A DNA stretch of 64,000 nt from Anthoceros angustus (lineage: Eukaryota; Plantae; Anthocerotophyta), in contig VJWM01000103.1 in the NCBI GenBank assembly GCA_010909165.1, positions 1,017,407-1,081,406 of the forward strand, given 5' to 3'. The notes under the pieces were generated by a model. That model saw nothing but the letters and a program-made list of their open reading frames with translations, was not told the origin of the DNA and did not search any database. The translations under genes and the position numbers were made by a program. Shown one piece after another: positions 12,536-26,085 of this stretch. The first letter of the stretch is position 1. Each line of letters starts with the position of its first letter.

Positions 12536-14398
12536 ATGAAGGTGCGCCGTGCAGGCCCAGGGTGCAGGGCGTGCTGGATTGCAGCACAGCTGCTTTGTTT
12601 GTGTGTGGGATTGGGAGTTTGCAGCCGGGTTGGGCACGGGGATGAGGAGGCGGGGGAGGCGGCGTCGGCGGGGTGGCAGGAGGTGAGCAACGTGGTGGGC
12701 AAGGTGTTGCAGGTGCGGAATGGGCAGGAGAAGTATGTGTGGCCGGCGCTGGAGATGGGGACCCCAGGCTGGTGGCGGCGCTCGTGTTGGCGCGGTGGGC
12801 GCCTGCCTGTCCAGCGCCGGGGGGGTAGGCGGGGGCGGGCTCTACGTGCCGCTCTTCGACCTGCTGGTGGGATTCGACGCCAAGACGGCGACGGCGCTGT
12901 CCAATGTCATGATTCTGGGGGGCAGCGTGTCCAATTTGGGGCTGAATTTGGGGCGGCTGCACCCGGATCCGGAGCTGGACGGGCAGCCGCTCATCGATTT
13001 CGACGCGGCATTGCTGCTGTTGCCCAGCATGCTGCTGGGGATCAGTCTGGGAGTGATTGCCAATGTCATGCTGCCCGGCTGGATGATCATCGCCCTCTTG
13101 GCCTCCACTTTGGGGTACATGACGTCCAGGAGCGTGCGGGCAGCCATGAGGCGCTGGGCGAACGAGTCGCTGTTGAAGCAGGGGCCTGGTTTGTCGGAGT
13201 GCGTCCAGTCTGACAGCAAGGATTCGGAGAGCGGGGACCTGCACACGCCGTTGTTGCTGTCCACGCAGCCGTCGGGTACCTTGGGCGAGTTCGGGGGAGA
13301 GGGTGCAGAGGATCATGGGCTCCACTGCACTCCTGCCGCGGTTGCTCGTGATCGCGCGATTCACAAACTGTGGCCTGTGGAGAAGTTGGGGATGCTCGCT
13401 CTCGTGTGGTTCGTCTTCTTTGCCATTCAAGCGGTTCGAGGTGGCAACTCCGGCCAGGTTAGATTTTAAACTTGTCCAGAGCTGTATGCATCAATGGCGG
13501 CATGCTGGCAACCTGACGACATGCCATATCAATCTGCTGCAGAGCTTGTTCAATGTCAAACCATGTGGCCTGGCATACTGGCTATTGACAGCCTGTCTGA
13601 TGCCTGTCTCTTTAGGATTCACATCCTGGACTGCTGCCATACAGGCCCGAGACAAGGCCAGCGACGAGGGCACCGTGGGTGAGCAGGTACTACTGCTTGA
13701 AAGTCCTTCATTCTGCTTGCAACTGCTCCACTCGTTTGAACGAACTCTACTGTGCACTACTAGGTCTATCTTCTTTGAAGTATCTGCTTTAGGCTGAAGT
13801 GTGTTTTGCACCTCCTTTTGGAAGGTACACAAGGGTGGTGTTCTGGTGCCAGTGATGGCATTCCTTGCAGGACTGCTTGGAGGCATGTTGGGGATTGGCG
13901 GAGGCATAATTGTCAATCCTCTTTTTCTGGAGATGGGGATGCTCCCACAGGTAACTGTCCACTCGCACTGTCGGAGTAAACAAAGCTTTGCTTACTCTCT
14001 CATTGCTTCATTTCCATATGATTTGACAAAGTTTTCTCTAAACCGTCATTAGCTTACCGTGCAATCGTTTTTGTTCCCACATTCAACAGGTGACTGCTGC
14101 CACGTGTTCTTTCATGCTCTTCTTTTCCTCCTCCTCGTCTGTGGTCCAGTATTGGATGCTGGGCCGTATCCCAGGGAAGCATGCTATTCTGTTTGCTGCC
14201 ATTAGCTTTGTGTTTTCGGCGGTGGGGCAGATGGTTGTTCAGCGTGTCATCGTGCGATATGGGAGGGCTTCTGTTATCGTCTTCTCTGTCTCGGCTGTTA
14301 TGGGCCTGAGTGCCTTAACAATGGCAGGTTTTGGGGGCTATGATGTTGTCCAGCAATATCTTCTAGGTGAATATATGGGCTTCCATCGACCTTGTTGA
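12536..14398 (+). CDS. Sulfite exporter TauE/SafE family protein, copy 2 (4 exons; two single-base deletions at ~12762 and ~12790)
   Basis: Same motifs and intron positions as copy 1, with canonical AGGVGGGG and LGIGGG.IVNPL, ending GFHRPC*. Both indels lie in C or G runs. Confidence 0.88.
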
Positions 14399-14629
14399 AT
14401 CACCCTCCCTTATCAAATCCTGTAAGCAGAGCAGGGACGTGCATCATGGCCTATGATTGCACAAAGAGATGGCAACCTAGGTAGTTTAACTTTCACGACG
14501 ACAATTGTTTGTGTTATGCCAGTATGTACACTGGTAGAGTCAATTGGCATGACAATTCTTTTCCTAGTTTACAGAGCTGGGGATTTCGGTTATGCACCTG
14601 TCGCAACTTACAATTCTTAACCATACTGT

Positions 14630-16644
14630 TGGGGTAGTATGCTGGCTAGTCCAACTTTAGAAACACACTTGGGGTAGTATGCTGGCTAGTCCAACTTTAG
14701 AAACACACTCCTGGGATGATGCAGAATCTTTTGAGTTGGCCTCATCCCAGATATGTACATTATAAAGCGTAGCGAGGAGAGTGATTAAAGCTCATTCTTG
14801 TCATATTCCGGCATGTATTTTTTCCTACATGTTCCATACATATTTGTCTCCATGAAGACGTCGGTCCTTGCGTCCAAGATACCGGACCATGCCGTTACCG
14901 AAGGTCGCTTCATCCCCCCTGAAGTCTATGCCATCCATCAGATTATCCATACCAGTTTAAGAGTACATACTAATAGTACAACCCTGTGGCTGCATAACGT
15001 GGAGTTTCTTGCCGGGCTGGCAGCGAGTCTATGCCATCCATCAGATTATCCATACTAGTTTAAGAGTACATACTAATATTACAACCCTGTGGCTGCATAA
15101 CGTGGAGTTTCTTGCCGGGCTAGTAGCTCGCTGCGATGTCATGTTTGTCATAGCTCGTGAAAGCGGCTATAGCCTGGAGGAAGTGAGGGTACATTGTTTG
15201 AACAGGCCGCTCAATCAGGGTTGACTTATACTTTGTCCGTGATGACTAGGTGATGTCCGTGATGACGTGGTAGTTAGTGACTCTGTTCGAGGCACCATCT
15301 CCGCTTAAGTAATCACTAATCGTCCCGGTTGGGCTGTCGTCGGTACTGCAGATCTGAAGGTCGGAAAGTATAGCGGATCTCAAGGTCAGAAAGTATAGCG
15401 GGATGCAAGCGGCCACTTCTTTATTCCGCTCGCACTCGAAACATATGGGACAATGGCTACGGCCTTCTATCAATTTCTCAAGTCTTGTGCCAGATCCTAC
15501 CACGCCCGCAAGTATGGCGCGAGTTGTCCTTTTCTTATTTTACAACTTACTTCAAACAGCAAGTCTTCATTGCCCTTCAAAGGTTCTCTCGACGTTAATC
15601 CTTCACAAGGCGGCGACAGGTAAGTGACGCTCTTTCCTCTTCCTCTGACGACAGGTAAGTAACGCTCTTTCCTCTTCCTCCATCATTTGCGGACTATTTT
15701 TTGGCCATTTCTTCTTTTCTCGCGAGAAAACGATCAGATTAGATTAGAAGTAGCAAGCACTGCAGTGGATTACAAGATGAAAACCTCTCATGGGGAGACC
15801 TGATCAAAACGTGCAGCCTGTTAATCGTCTTGCAGGAAAGCACCATCTCCCAAAGGCACCTATGCTAACCTCACATCCCTTGAAGTTTGTTGCTGTAGCT
15901 CCAAGATGATAAAGAATTCTTACAAAGCTCCGGACAAAGTTCTTCTTCTCACGGCCATTTGTTCTTCCTGCATATGACGTTCTAGGAGTAATAGGCCATT
16001 CGTTCTAGGAGTAATAGTAGGCCATTTGTTCTTCCTGCATATGACGTTCTAGGAGTAATAGACAATTTGTTCTTTCTACATATGACGTTCTAGGAGTAAT
16101 AGGCCATTTGTTCTTCCTGCATATAACGTTCTAAGAGTAATAGGGTACTTTAGATAAAGAACTTAGTGCCTCTTTTTCACCTTGAAATTCGAGGTCCATC
16201 TTCATTGTAACGAGGCCTGGTTACTTGAGTTTCGAGGCCTGGTTACTTCAGTTTTCCGTCTAGGACCCTTGCAACTCAGCTCTTCTTTTTCACCTTGAAA
16301 TTCGAGGTCCATCTTCATTGTAACGAGGCCTGGTTACTAGAGTTTCGACACCTGGTTACTTCAGTTTTCCGTCTAGGACCCTTGCAACTCAGCTCTTCTT
16401 TTTCACCTTGAAATTCGAGGTCCATCTTCATTGTAACGAGGCCTGGTTACTTGAGTTTCGAGGCCTGGTTACTTGAGTTTTCCGTCTAGGACCCTTGCAA
16501 CTCAGCTATTGATACTTCACTCCAACTTTGTGGGTTAGGTCTCATGCAGCGAGCTTCAGGTCACAAGTCTCTGCTGAGTGTGGGCGCTTATGTAATATGT
16601 AGGGGGCTGCCTGCCATATGTACTATGTAGGGAGTGGCCTGCCA
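14630..16644. mobile_element. Possible solo-LTR-like or non-autonomous insertion rich in internal tandem repeats
   Basis: TG...CA ends flanked by ctgt on both sides. Internal repeats: 40 nt x2 (14630-14709), ~104 nt x2 (14925-15121), ~41 nt x4-5 (15950-16143), ~113 nt x3 (16170-16508). No coding domain recognised. Confidence 0.35.
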
Positions 16645-17502
16645 CTGTTGCAGAGGTTCAAACGAATTGAGGAGCATCTATGCCGATCTTTCTTTCAAAT
16701 ACTGTCTTAACTCTTGTCAAATCTGACCTGTACGAACTAGAAGGAAAAATGTCAACAAAAATATTACAGCTGAGACTCAGAATTTTCGCTCGGAAGAGCT
16801 TTCTTCACATCATGCGGCATTTCCAATCATGCGCTAATTGACATAGTACACAGCTAATGTCCTCCACCGGCTTCAAGCCTTTTCCAACTGTTTTTGGATG
16901 CTTGTAAACTACGAAGCTTGACAGAAAAACCTGACATAGATGGATAGCTGCCTGCAATATGAAGCGTCAAACGCAACCAGTTTCAAGATTGGCGAAGGTA
17001 ATATCCGATGACGAGCTTGTTTGCTCCAGCACCGTTTCGTGCGGCAGATGTTTGTACAGGGCATTCGACGAAAATGTCAATGCCCAGGATGACGATTCTT
17101 CCCCCCTTGCACATGGTGTCCCATCTTCTGGGTCACACCATCTGTGCAATCACAATATTCATGTCAGCGATACCCAAACACACGGTTCAGTTCTACTTCT
17201 GCTGCATCCTGCTTGGGTCCCAGGTCGTTTCGTGGCATTGCAGAAGTATAGAAATCGACGATCCTTCTGATATAATATACATTCCAGCAGGACTTCGGAG
17301 GGGCAAGTTTGCCAACGGAAAGTCTTCCATCATCAAGACTCCTGTACTGCCAGATGAAAAAACAACCTTCTGCGTCTGTCCCTTGCAGACCAGGTTATAG
17401 CTCTGCAAACGCACAATCCCAATGAAAGATGTTACATATCCGCCAGCGCATATAACCTCGCTGATAGTATGAGGTGCTATACAGACAGGAGATTATAAAA
17501 CA

Positions 17503-19441
17503 CTATCGTTTCATGCTTAACAAGCGCTCGGTAATTGTGCCTGCATGTAAGAAACATACTCGGTTACAGCAAGTACTGGCAACCAGAACCTCCGTTTGGG
17601 GCGTACAGACAAAAGGAAACAAGCAAAGGAAGTAAGGAGTGGATGCTGACCAGTGAGATCATCCTGCATAATGCTGACTGTTCTGCATTTTTCCAGAAGC
17701 TCAGCAATCACCAATCTGGTCAGGAGGAGTCCTGATACCAGGGCTGAAAACATCAACATGTAGAAAACACTGTTCCAGCCCCACTGAGAAATATACCCCG
17801 TGAGCAAAGGCCCCATGGCAGCTCCCACAGAACCTGTTCCATCGATGATGGCAGTCACAGTGGAAAGCGCTCTTGCATTTCCCTTCAGTGACTCATGTGT
17901 ACCTAAGTCAGCTGAAACTGCTGTGGTGATGAGGGCATATGGCCCGTTAATGCACATGCCCATGAGCAGCATAAGGAAGATGTTCACGTAGATGGAAATA
18001 TAACCATACGATCGAAACATGAACAGTGCTGGGATGGCCAGGTACATAAAACTTGCTGCCGTGACAGCTCGCCCTTTCATTCGATCGGATATGAACCCGG
18101 CCAAGATACCCCCTATAACACCTCCCACATCGTACATAGTAGAAAGGTTTCCGGAATCCTGTCCATTCAGATATCGACCGCCAATCTCTGCAATCAACAG
18201 GCCGAATAATCAGCAAGTGCAACTATCACCTCCCACATGTTGAAAAGGACATTTCGGCAAGGTGGCAGACGCAGTTGAGATTGCTCACCAGTACTTCTGA
18301 TGTAGAATGGCAGCCAGTCCGTGAACGTGTAGGCAACCAACTTGGCAAAGAAGAGACAGAAAGCGAACGGAGCCACTCCCGGGATGGTCCACGCCTCCAA
18401 GAAGCTGACTGCTCTCATCTCCTCCGTGTTCCCATCCTTGGGACGCTGCAACAAGCCTGCCTCCTCCTCAGAGGTTGTCCCCCCTTTCTCCAAAGCATCT
18501 GCCGACGCGTCGTCACGAGCAGCCCCAACTACATCGGCCTGCTCGACCTCTGCCTCCTCCTCCTCCTCCTCCTCAGTCGGAGATGTATGTCCCACGTCCG
18601 AAGGCTGCACAGCCAGGAACAGGAAGACTATACCGCCTCCAACAATCATCATGAGGCCGGAAACCATGAAAGCCCAGCCCCATCCGTACTTGAGCACCGC
18701 AGAGGAAATGAGAGAGCCTGCGATGTTCCCGACAGAGGTGTGCGCGTTCCAGACGCCCATGATGAAACCTCTCTGGCCCTTCCCGAACCAATTGGCCATC
18801 ACCGAGACAACAGACGGCCAGCCAGTGGACTGAAACAGCCCCGCCAGCATCTGCATCACCAGGTAGAAGGAGAAAGAATGGATGTCCAACCAGTACCCGA
18901 CGCCAAACAAACACACGAAGAGGCCACTTCCGAGCATCCCGACCGTCAGAAATAGCCTGAGATCGGTGCGATCTCCGATGTGCCCGGCGAAGTACATCCC
19001 AACTGCGTAGCACGCCAGAAAGCCAAGATCGATCTCTCCAAGCTTCACCTTCCCGTCCGCGGTGTTGAACGGGGCCCATCCCGCGCGCTCCCCAAACGAT
19101 CCCGCCACACTCACCGCAGGCCCCGGAGCTGCCGCTCCCGCCACCGCCTCCGACAAACTCCCATGCGGCAACGACCCGTTCAGCCCCCGCCAATGAAAAG
19201 AGTATCCCACATGGTTGCTCCACGCAGAGTGGGAGAGCGCGTTCAAACCTAGCTCCGCCTCCTCCTCCGGATCCAACACGCTCTTCACAATGCTAGGGGG
19301 CTTCCGCGCCTCGTGGTAAAGAGCGTAGGTGAGGAACGTCACGGCAAGCACAAGCACTCTGTAGGTGTTGAAGCTGAAATTGGACTTGGTAAACCTCCTG
19401 GCAAACGTCAAGCCGGGGGGAGCGCTGCTCCTCCGCGCCAT
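17503..19441 (-). CDS. Glycerol-3-phosphate/sugar-phosphate permease (MFS, SLC37/G3Pp family), 3 exons
   Basis: [58 protein letters not shown] and [15 protein letters not shown]. Introns at ~18288-18188 and ~17650-17541. Confidence 0.95.
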
Positions 19442-21062
19442 CTTCAGAGCAGAGCGGCTCACCACGTCAGGCACCGCGACTGCCCTGCCCTGGCCCGGCC
19501 CGGCCCCGGCCCCGGCCCCGGCCCCCTCAGAGCGATGGAAACACTCTCAAAATCATGACTACTCTCCGATCTACGCTGCGCCTAGTCCCGCACCCCGCCC
19601 CCCGCAACGATCGATGAAAAACGAAACAGCTACCGAGAAAACACCGCCCCTGCCACAGATCTATGCGCACATGCGAAACGGCAGCGAAAATTTCACCAAA
19701 CTCCCACCGACACGAAGGAAATGGCGACCTCCAGGACGATGCGGCGTCTCAAACACTCTCCCGGTGCTGCATTCCTAGGTGGATTGCAATGCTACGACAC
19801 ACCCGCGAGCAAGCACGTATAGACGAAACAAAATTCAAGATGGTCAGTCCTCCACAAAGAGTCCTACCAGCGAGGGCTACCCCCGTGAGCTAAATCTGCC
19901 TACAGCGAGACGACACGCAGGGAATATGCGTGATCGAACGGGGCGGTGGCAACGGGGATGGAATATGCGGGGAGAGGGGGACGGTGCGGTCGAGGCGAAT
20001 GGCAGGGTTGGGTGGGCGAGAAGGAAGGCAGGCGGGGCGGAGGGCAGGACTACGGCAGGCAGGTGACTCCTTAATAAACAAGTGGCGGACAAGAGGACGG
20101 GGAAGTTAGGCAGCAACTGCCGGCCCCAGCACGGCTAGCATATCCTTGGCATCCCGCCGATGTTGCATATTGGGCAGAATGATGAATGATCCCCGCATCT
20201 TGTGTGTGAATATTCTCATCCACCACCCGACTGCCACGTTCTAGGGTTCCCCTGTATATTGTGTAGGCGGAGTGGATATCCGACAGCATCTATCCCAGGT
20301 GCTTGATACTGTATCCTAGTGAGGCGAGGCGGTCGCCAAGCGCTTTCGCACGGCTGAGGGTTGAGCCCGCAGAGCGCAGCCACCAGCGTGTCAGCATGGC
20401 AGGAAGCAACGAGTGGAGGCTGCCGTGCACGCTCCCCCATGAGGATATTGGACTGCCACACTCATTCGCGGAGGTTATATTGTGAGATCCACTTCTAGTT
20501 ACGTTTGTTGGTTTTCGACGCCGATTCTCTTGCAGAGGATCAGGTTGGGTGGCGAGACCTGGGCCTGGAGCTCTCCAAGGTTCCGACATTACGTAGGTAG
20601 ACGACGCGCACCATGCGACACACGGTGAGACTGGACTAGCCTAGCCTAGACTTCCTTCCCTCCCCTGCCGGCTACTGCTGTCTTGGTCGAACTGTGAGTC
20701 TGGAACACTGTCCGTGTGCATTCCAAACGCGGAGTCCCTGCCACTGACCACTGACCAGGACTGAGAGTTCGACGCATGTCGTCGATTAGGGCATGCATCA
20801 GAAACCAACAAGCACTACAGTCCGGGGCTGGGTTTTCTGCTCATGAAGCTGACCATCTCGGACAGGCGTGCGCCCTGACAGTCCTTGGTGTAAGAGCTTT
20901 CTATGCCGGCACCGGCAGCCGCGGCTTCGGCTTCGGCTTGCTGACGCCGCTCCCTCCTCAACCTTCGCTTCGCGGCGCGCCGGCTGACATGGCCGGGCGG
21001 AAGTGGAGATCTTGGCTCCGACGGCCGGTAGTGATGCCAGCGGTCATATGGAAGGAGGGAGT

Positions 21063-23244
21063 TCAGCAGGGGCCGCAGCTTGGCTGAGCCGGCGCATGTG
21101 CTGGAGCAGCATCCCTTCTTTGCGGCCGTGCACTCTGCGCAGGACCTTCATCCATGGCCACAAGACTTGCAAGAATGATGTCCGGCACGCAGATGGTTGG
21201 GCCACAAAGAAATGCAAGGTGAGGTCTGTACACGTACAGGAAGAGTTCGTTGCACTCCACGTTGGCACAGTTCCGGTGACGAGGCTCCGGGAGGGGCTTG
21301 TCACAGAAGACACATCTTGCACAGGGTTCCGCCTCCCAGGAGCAGGAGTTGGCCTCTTCCTCCGACAGTGATGTGGGGTCTTGGTAGGACTTCGGGGGGA
21401 CAGCGAGGCGGGAGTCGAAGACAAACAGATTTCCCAGCCAGTTTGAGGAACCTTCTTCTTTCAAGTACCGGGCCACGCCTCCCTTCAAGGCGTACAGGTT
21501 CTTAAACCCCTGTTGCCTGCAGGCAGTTGATGTTAAGGCAAGGCGTCCACACTTGTGAGGGACAGGAGACCTTCCAAGCAGTTCACGCACACAAACATTA
21601 CCTGAGCATCGTGGAATAAACATCACAGCGAATCCCTCCTGTACAATACATCATGACATCCACCTTCTCCTTATCCACCCCAGCCAATGGATCACTATCC
21701 ACACTCTGCACAAAAAAAGCACATGATTTAAAACTTGTGTGCACAGTTCCACGCAGTATCTCCGCAATTTAGGCAATTCAGAGCTTTCGCCGTAAACTGC
21801 ACCTTAATCTCAGAAAAGCCGAACTCCGTCTCCTTGAAGCAATCTACTTCCGGCCTTTGAGCTCCTTTAAAGTGCCCAACATCCCACTCATACCCTGGTG
21901 AAAGTCGAATCCAGGGCAAAAAAGAGTAGTGAGAAGGGAAATGTCCTACCCAGTGCGGAGCTGTGCAGCAACAAAGGGACAGAAGTTATCATATCAAGCG
22001 ATACCATTTCTAACATCCAACAGGAGAACCTTGTTCAAATTTGTGTGCTCTGAATCCGCTTTCAGGTCAGCTGATGAAGAGGCAGCATCCTCAAGCCTTT
22101 CACGCCACTCAGCTGGTGTGAGCGGGATGGCTCTTGCTGCCACATCTGTGAGTGGTAAACACGCTGTGCCGCCTTCAACCTACAGCAGCGGCCAGCCAAA
22201 GACATGAAGACACGAAGGAAAGAAAGAGAGAAAGAAAGAGAGCTCCTCTTTCCCAAAAGACAGCTGCAACAGGTTCGAATCTAGCACATCCTTATGCTTG
22301 CAACCACGTCCACAAGAGAAACCATACGTCCTGATGGTTAGGACATGCCTGTACAAGAGAAGGCTTATACCGAAGTTTGAGTCGAGGGAAAGCATGCCCC
22401 TGAGGTGACGGAGAGATTTGCAGATACATTCCAGCAAACCTGATGTCCTCCTTCACCCAGTTTGCATACGCCAGTGCATCTTCTGACGGCCCACTAAGCT
22501 GTAACACAAAGTGAAACACTCGTTACCCAGCTGCATGCAAGCACGCCTCAGCTCTCAGGGTAGGTCACGAGAAACCCTCCATGTTCAGAAGAAAAACAAA
22601 ACACCAAGACCAAAGGACAACCTGGGCATTGATCCCTTGATGATTGATGTAGATTCGTCCTCTTATCTCTCTGCTCTGCAATCTATGCAAACCCGTAGAG
22701 CGTTAATTACTCCCCTGCCAAACACTACACACATCAAACCACACACCAACAAGCTGCAACCATTATACTTGAAGACAACCTGAACGAAATCCCAATGCCG
22801 TGCCACCTCGACCTCGGGATCCTCCAGCTCCACGAAGTGATAAAAATTGAGCACCAAAAACCCTTCAGTCCCTCCAACAGCAGCCCCCGCCACCTCATCG
22901 TCGGAGCAGCAGTCCTCATCCGCGGATTCCGAATCACTGCACCCCGCTGGCCCTTCCACGGCCCACGGCTCTGCCAGCTGTTGCGCCCCATAAAGGCGTG
23001 CCTGTATCCCAACCTCTCTCCTGAACCCGGAGTGACCTCCGGAGGAGCACCGCCATGGCCAGCATAAACACCTCACCGACCAGATCCTGCCTCCGGATGC
23101 CGCACCTGGGCGACCGGTCGCCCACGCCCACCGCCGGCCCCCGCCCGCCAACCCCCATCCCGCTGCAGGTAACCGCAGGTGCAGACGGGACTCCATCGCC
23201 GTCACATTGTGCGACCTGAAGCCGGCGCACCGGAGCATCGACAT
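21063..23244 (-). CDS. Rhodanese-domain protein of the TrhO/YceA (UPF0176; plant STR8-like) family, ~6 exons, transit-peptide-like N-terminus
   Basis: LNFYHFVEL.DP, HAFPRLKLRYKPSLV, LLDVRN/YEWDVGHF, MYCTGGIRCD, LKGGVARYL, WLGNLFVFDSR and HRNCANVECNELF. Confidence 0.92.
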
Positions 23245-23961
23245 CTCGCACTCCTCCGTAAAACAGGCCCGAATGCGTCCGTAGGGCACCTAATCGTCAT
23301 ACGAGTCATACAAAGGCATCCAAGAACGGGAACGGAAGTAGTCCAAGTCCGAGCCCTGTTCACACCGGCCGCGTGGCCGTTTTGAGGCAATGCGTACAAA
23401 GCGGGCGTCACGGGCCGAAGCGCGCCCGACCGGGTCACGGGCGGCCCGCTGCCCCGACCCGCGTGTCCAGCTGCTCATGGAAGCTTCACCAGATTTGGCG
23501 ACCTTGTCTCCACCAAATCTGGCGAGGCTGTCTCCCCGAGCTCAGGATAAAACGCGGGATGAGAGCAAGTCTCTGGCCGGCTGCTTGGGTTTTCGTTTGA
23601 TGCGCGGTTTGCAACGTTCTCCAATCGTTCGTCGCCTGCCTAGCTACTGCGCCTGCGCGCGCCTCGCAATCAATACACCGCGCTCGGGGTGGGTAGCATG
23701 CGCAGCGTACTGATGGCACTCGTCTAGCCCAGCAAAAAATCTGGAGGCAGCGGACAAGCCGTCGACAGCTCCACGGGGCCATGACCCGCACGAGGTCCAG
23801 AGAGCGTTACAAAGGCAGATAGACAGACACAAGGCTCTGTAGGCTAAGGCGCGCCCTTGTCACCTCCGCCCATCTCCTGAATTCGTGGAAGGGAAGTCGA
23901 TCGGCGAGGGAGGGTGGACGCTGGGAAGCGCTTGCGACTGTGAATCCAGTGAGACCGGAAG

Positions 23962-25110
23962 ATGCCGCACCGGCAGCTGGTGGGCACGTTCCATCCGTGC
24001 GGCACCATCGCGCGGTACACGGGGCGCGACCACGACTTCAAGAAATCGCTGCACCTGAGCGCCTGGGACTCGCCGCTATGGCCGCGGGGAGTGGTCGCGA
24101 CCAGCCTGCTGGGGAAGGCGCTGCACTCCAACTTCATCCTGCCCGCCGCATCGTACCAGAAGATACAGGACATCGCCAAGCCCGGGCGATTGGATCCGGC
24201 CCCGGAGAGTTCCAAGGCGGCGGTGGAGAGCGTGGCCATGGGGAGCGGCGATCGCACTGCCAAGATCGGCTGCAACAGCTCCAAGCGCAGCGGGAGCGGC
24301 GACCTGGCCAAGCTGCTGCACGCGCAGAAGCCGGTGGAGAAGGAGGTGGAACGCGGCGTGAAGTTGGCGGACTCGGGCACGGCATGGATCGGATGCCCGG
24401 CCCCGACGATTGACCGCCCGCCGCCGGGCTGTGAACCGATTCACCGCACGCCTCACTTTCCGCCTGCAGCAGCTGCGTCGACACGGGGAAAGGTATGCAC
24501 CTCGCATGGGAACGCGGCGTTGCCAAAGCATATCGTCGACATGGAAGAACACCCATCCCCCAAGGTGAGCGATTTCGACTCTAATCGCGCACACCCAGCA
24601 TTCCGCAGCTGTTGATTGCAATCCTAGCCTTTTTCTCACGCACATGCAAATGTCGATGCCGATGCCGATGCCGTTGGTGTGGTGCGCATGCAGAAAGCGC
24701 CCAGGCCCCCAGCCAAGAGGATGCCGGTAAGAGTGTCCATGACACTGTCCATGACTGGAAACACGTCCAATGCCCTCCACGAGGACGACTCCGTGCTGCT
24801 CATGGTGCCACAGACCACGCTGGGGGAGCGTGTCATCGAGCTTGCTCTTGCAGCGGACGAGTTCGATGGACCACACAATGTGAAACATGAGGATCCCAGC
24901 CATTTCGCTCTTCTGAGCATGAGGAAGATCTCTGACAACAAGTTTCGGATCGGCCCTCGTAAGTACGCTGACAAGTTTCATTTTGCGGCAACCACTTCTG
25001 CACTCATCCCAACTCTGCTCTGGTGCGCATGTTGTGCAGTGTTTGACAGAAGGAAACCGGTTGGCGATGCGGGAACTGGATATTTTGCTTTGTGCAAAAC
25101 TACCGACTGA
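23962..25110 (+). CDS. Uncharacterised 3-exon protein (23962-24492, 24694-24958, 25040-25110) with a C-terminal ubiquitin-like (Sin1 CRIM/RA-like) domain
   Basis: GC-rich codon usage. Strong splice sites (AAG|gtatgc, gcag|AAA, C|gtaagt, gcag|TG) join in frame. The spliced C-terminus reads VLLMVPQTTLGERVIELAL...DPSHFAL...GPLFDRRKPVGDAGTGYFALCKTTD. Confidence 0.65.
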
Positions 25111-25597
25111 CTTTTCATTGCCCTACTCTTTGCACTCATTCGTCCAATCTTACACTAGAGACTCTCGTATGGACTTATGTAGAAAATTATGTTCAATATA
25201 CATATTTTTTATAATCAGTTATGTATAATAGAATCTCATTCATTCTATACTCCATTCACCCAACAATGGCCCTTTCATATCCCAGACTAGGGCAAGTTTC
25301 GGAGTGGCAAGTAGTTTCAAGATGGGTGACCACGTCAAGTTTCAAAGTACCAGGTAGTATCAAGATGAGCGATTCGGGTAGTCGCCTTGACCTCGGGTAG
25401 ATGAGACTTCCCATTTTTTTTTCTTACATAAGTCTTCTTTTTTCCCCCAAGGACTATAATATAAGGTCTTTATTTTTACTATATTTTGATAAATATTTTA
25501 TCTAATAAATCTAATATTATTTTTATATAATATATATATGATTCTCTTCTAAGATTCACATAGCCATGGGAATGTACTAGCATGAGTGGAGAATGTA

Positions 25598-25913
25598 CCG
25601 TATCCCGAGGGGTGGTTCAACAAAGATAGTATCGAAATAATTATTTTGAAAAAATAGTTCAACATAAATATTTATATTTTTAAAATTTCAAAATTTATAA
25701 AAATAATTTTATTAATTTTTAATATTTATTAAAATACATATGTATTGACCTCCCCTAAACATGCCCTAATATTCCACACAAACCCTAGTTTCCTTGTTTT
25801 CGGCATCTTTAACTCATGATTTTTTATATATTCAATATTTTAGTAATAATTTTTAGATTTTCAACTTTTATTAATTTTAATTAATTAACAGCGAATTACC
25901 CCTCAAGGTACGG
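25598..25913. mobile_element. Tc1/mariner-type MITE
   Basis: Imperfect TIRs ccgtatcccgaggggtggttc / gaattacccctcaaggtacgg, flanked by TA on both sides, with a very AT-rich interior. Confidence 0.65.
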
Positions 25914-26085
25914 TAGTAGCATGAGTAGTTGCATTCTGTGATGACGAGTGCCACCACTGGATTGATTGCCATCATAAAGGGTTATCCGTGCTTTGAAAAT
26001 TTCACAGGACTAATTGATACATCATTAATTTTAATTCGCTAAAAAAAGAAATATGTGACAGTTTTGCCACGAAAACCAATGCGAA

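Noticed and set aside
16959-17414. Short ORFs downstream of the permease
   Set aside because: No recognisable motif or consistent exon structure; probably 3' UTR or intergenic.
22265-22290. ggttcgaatc as a tRNA T-loop
   Set aside because: No cloverleaf or A box; it lies within a rhodanese intron.
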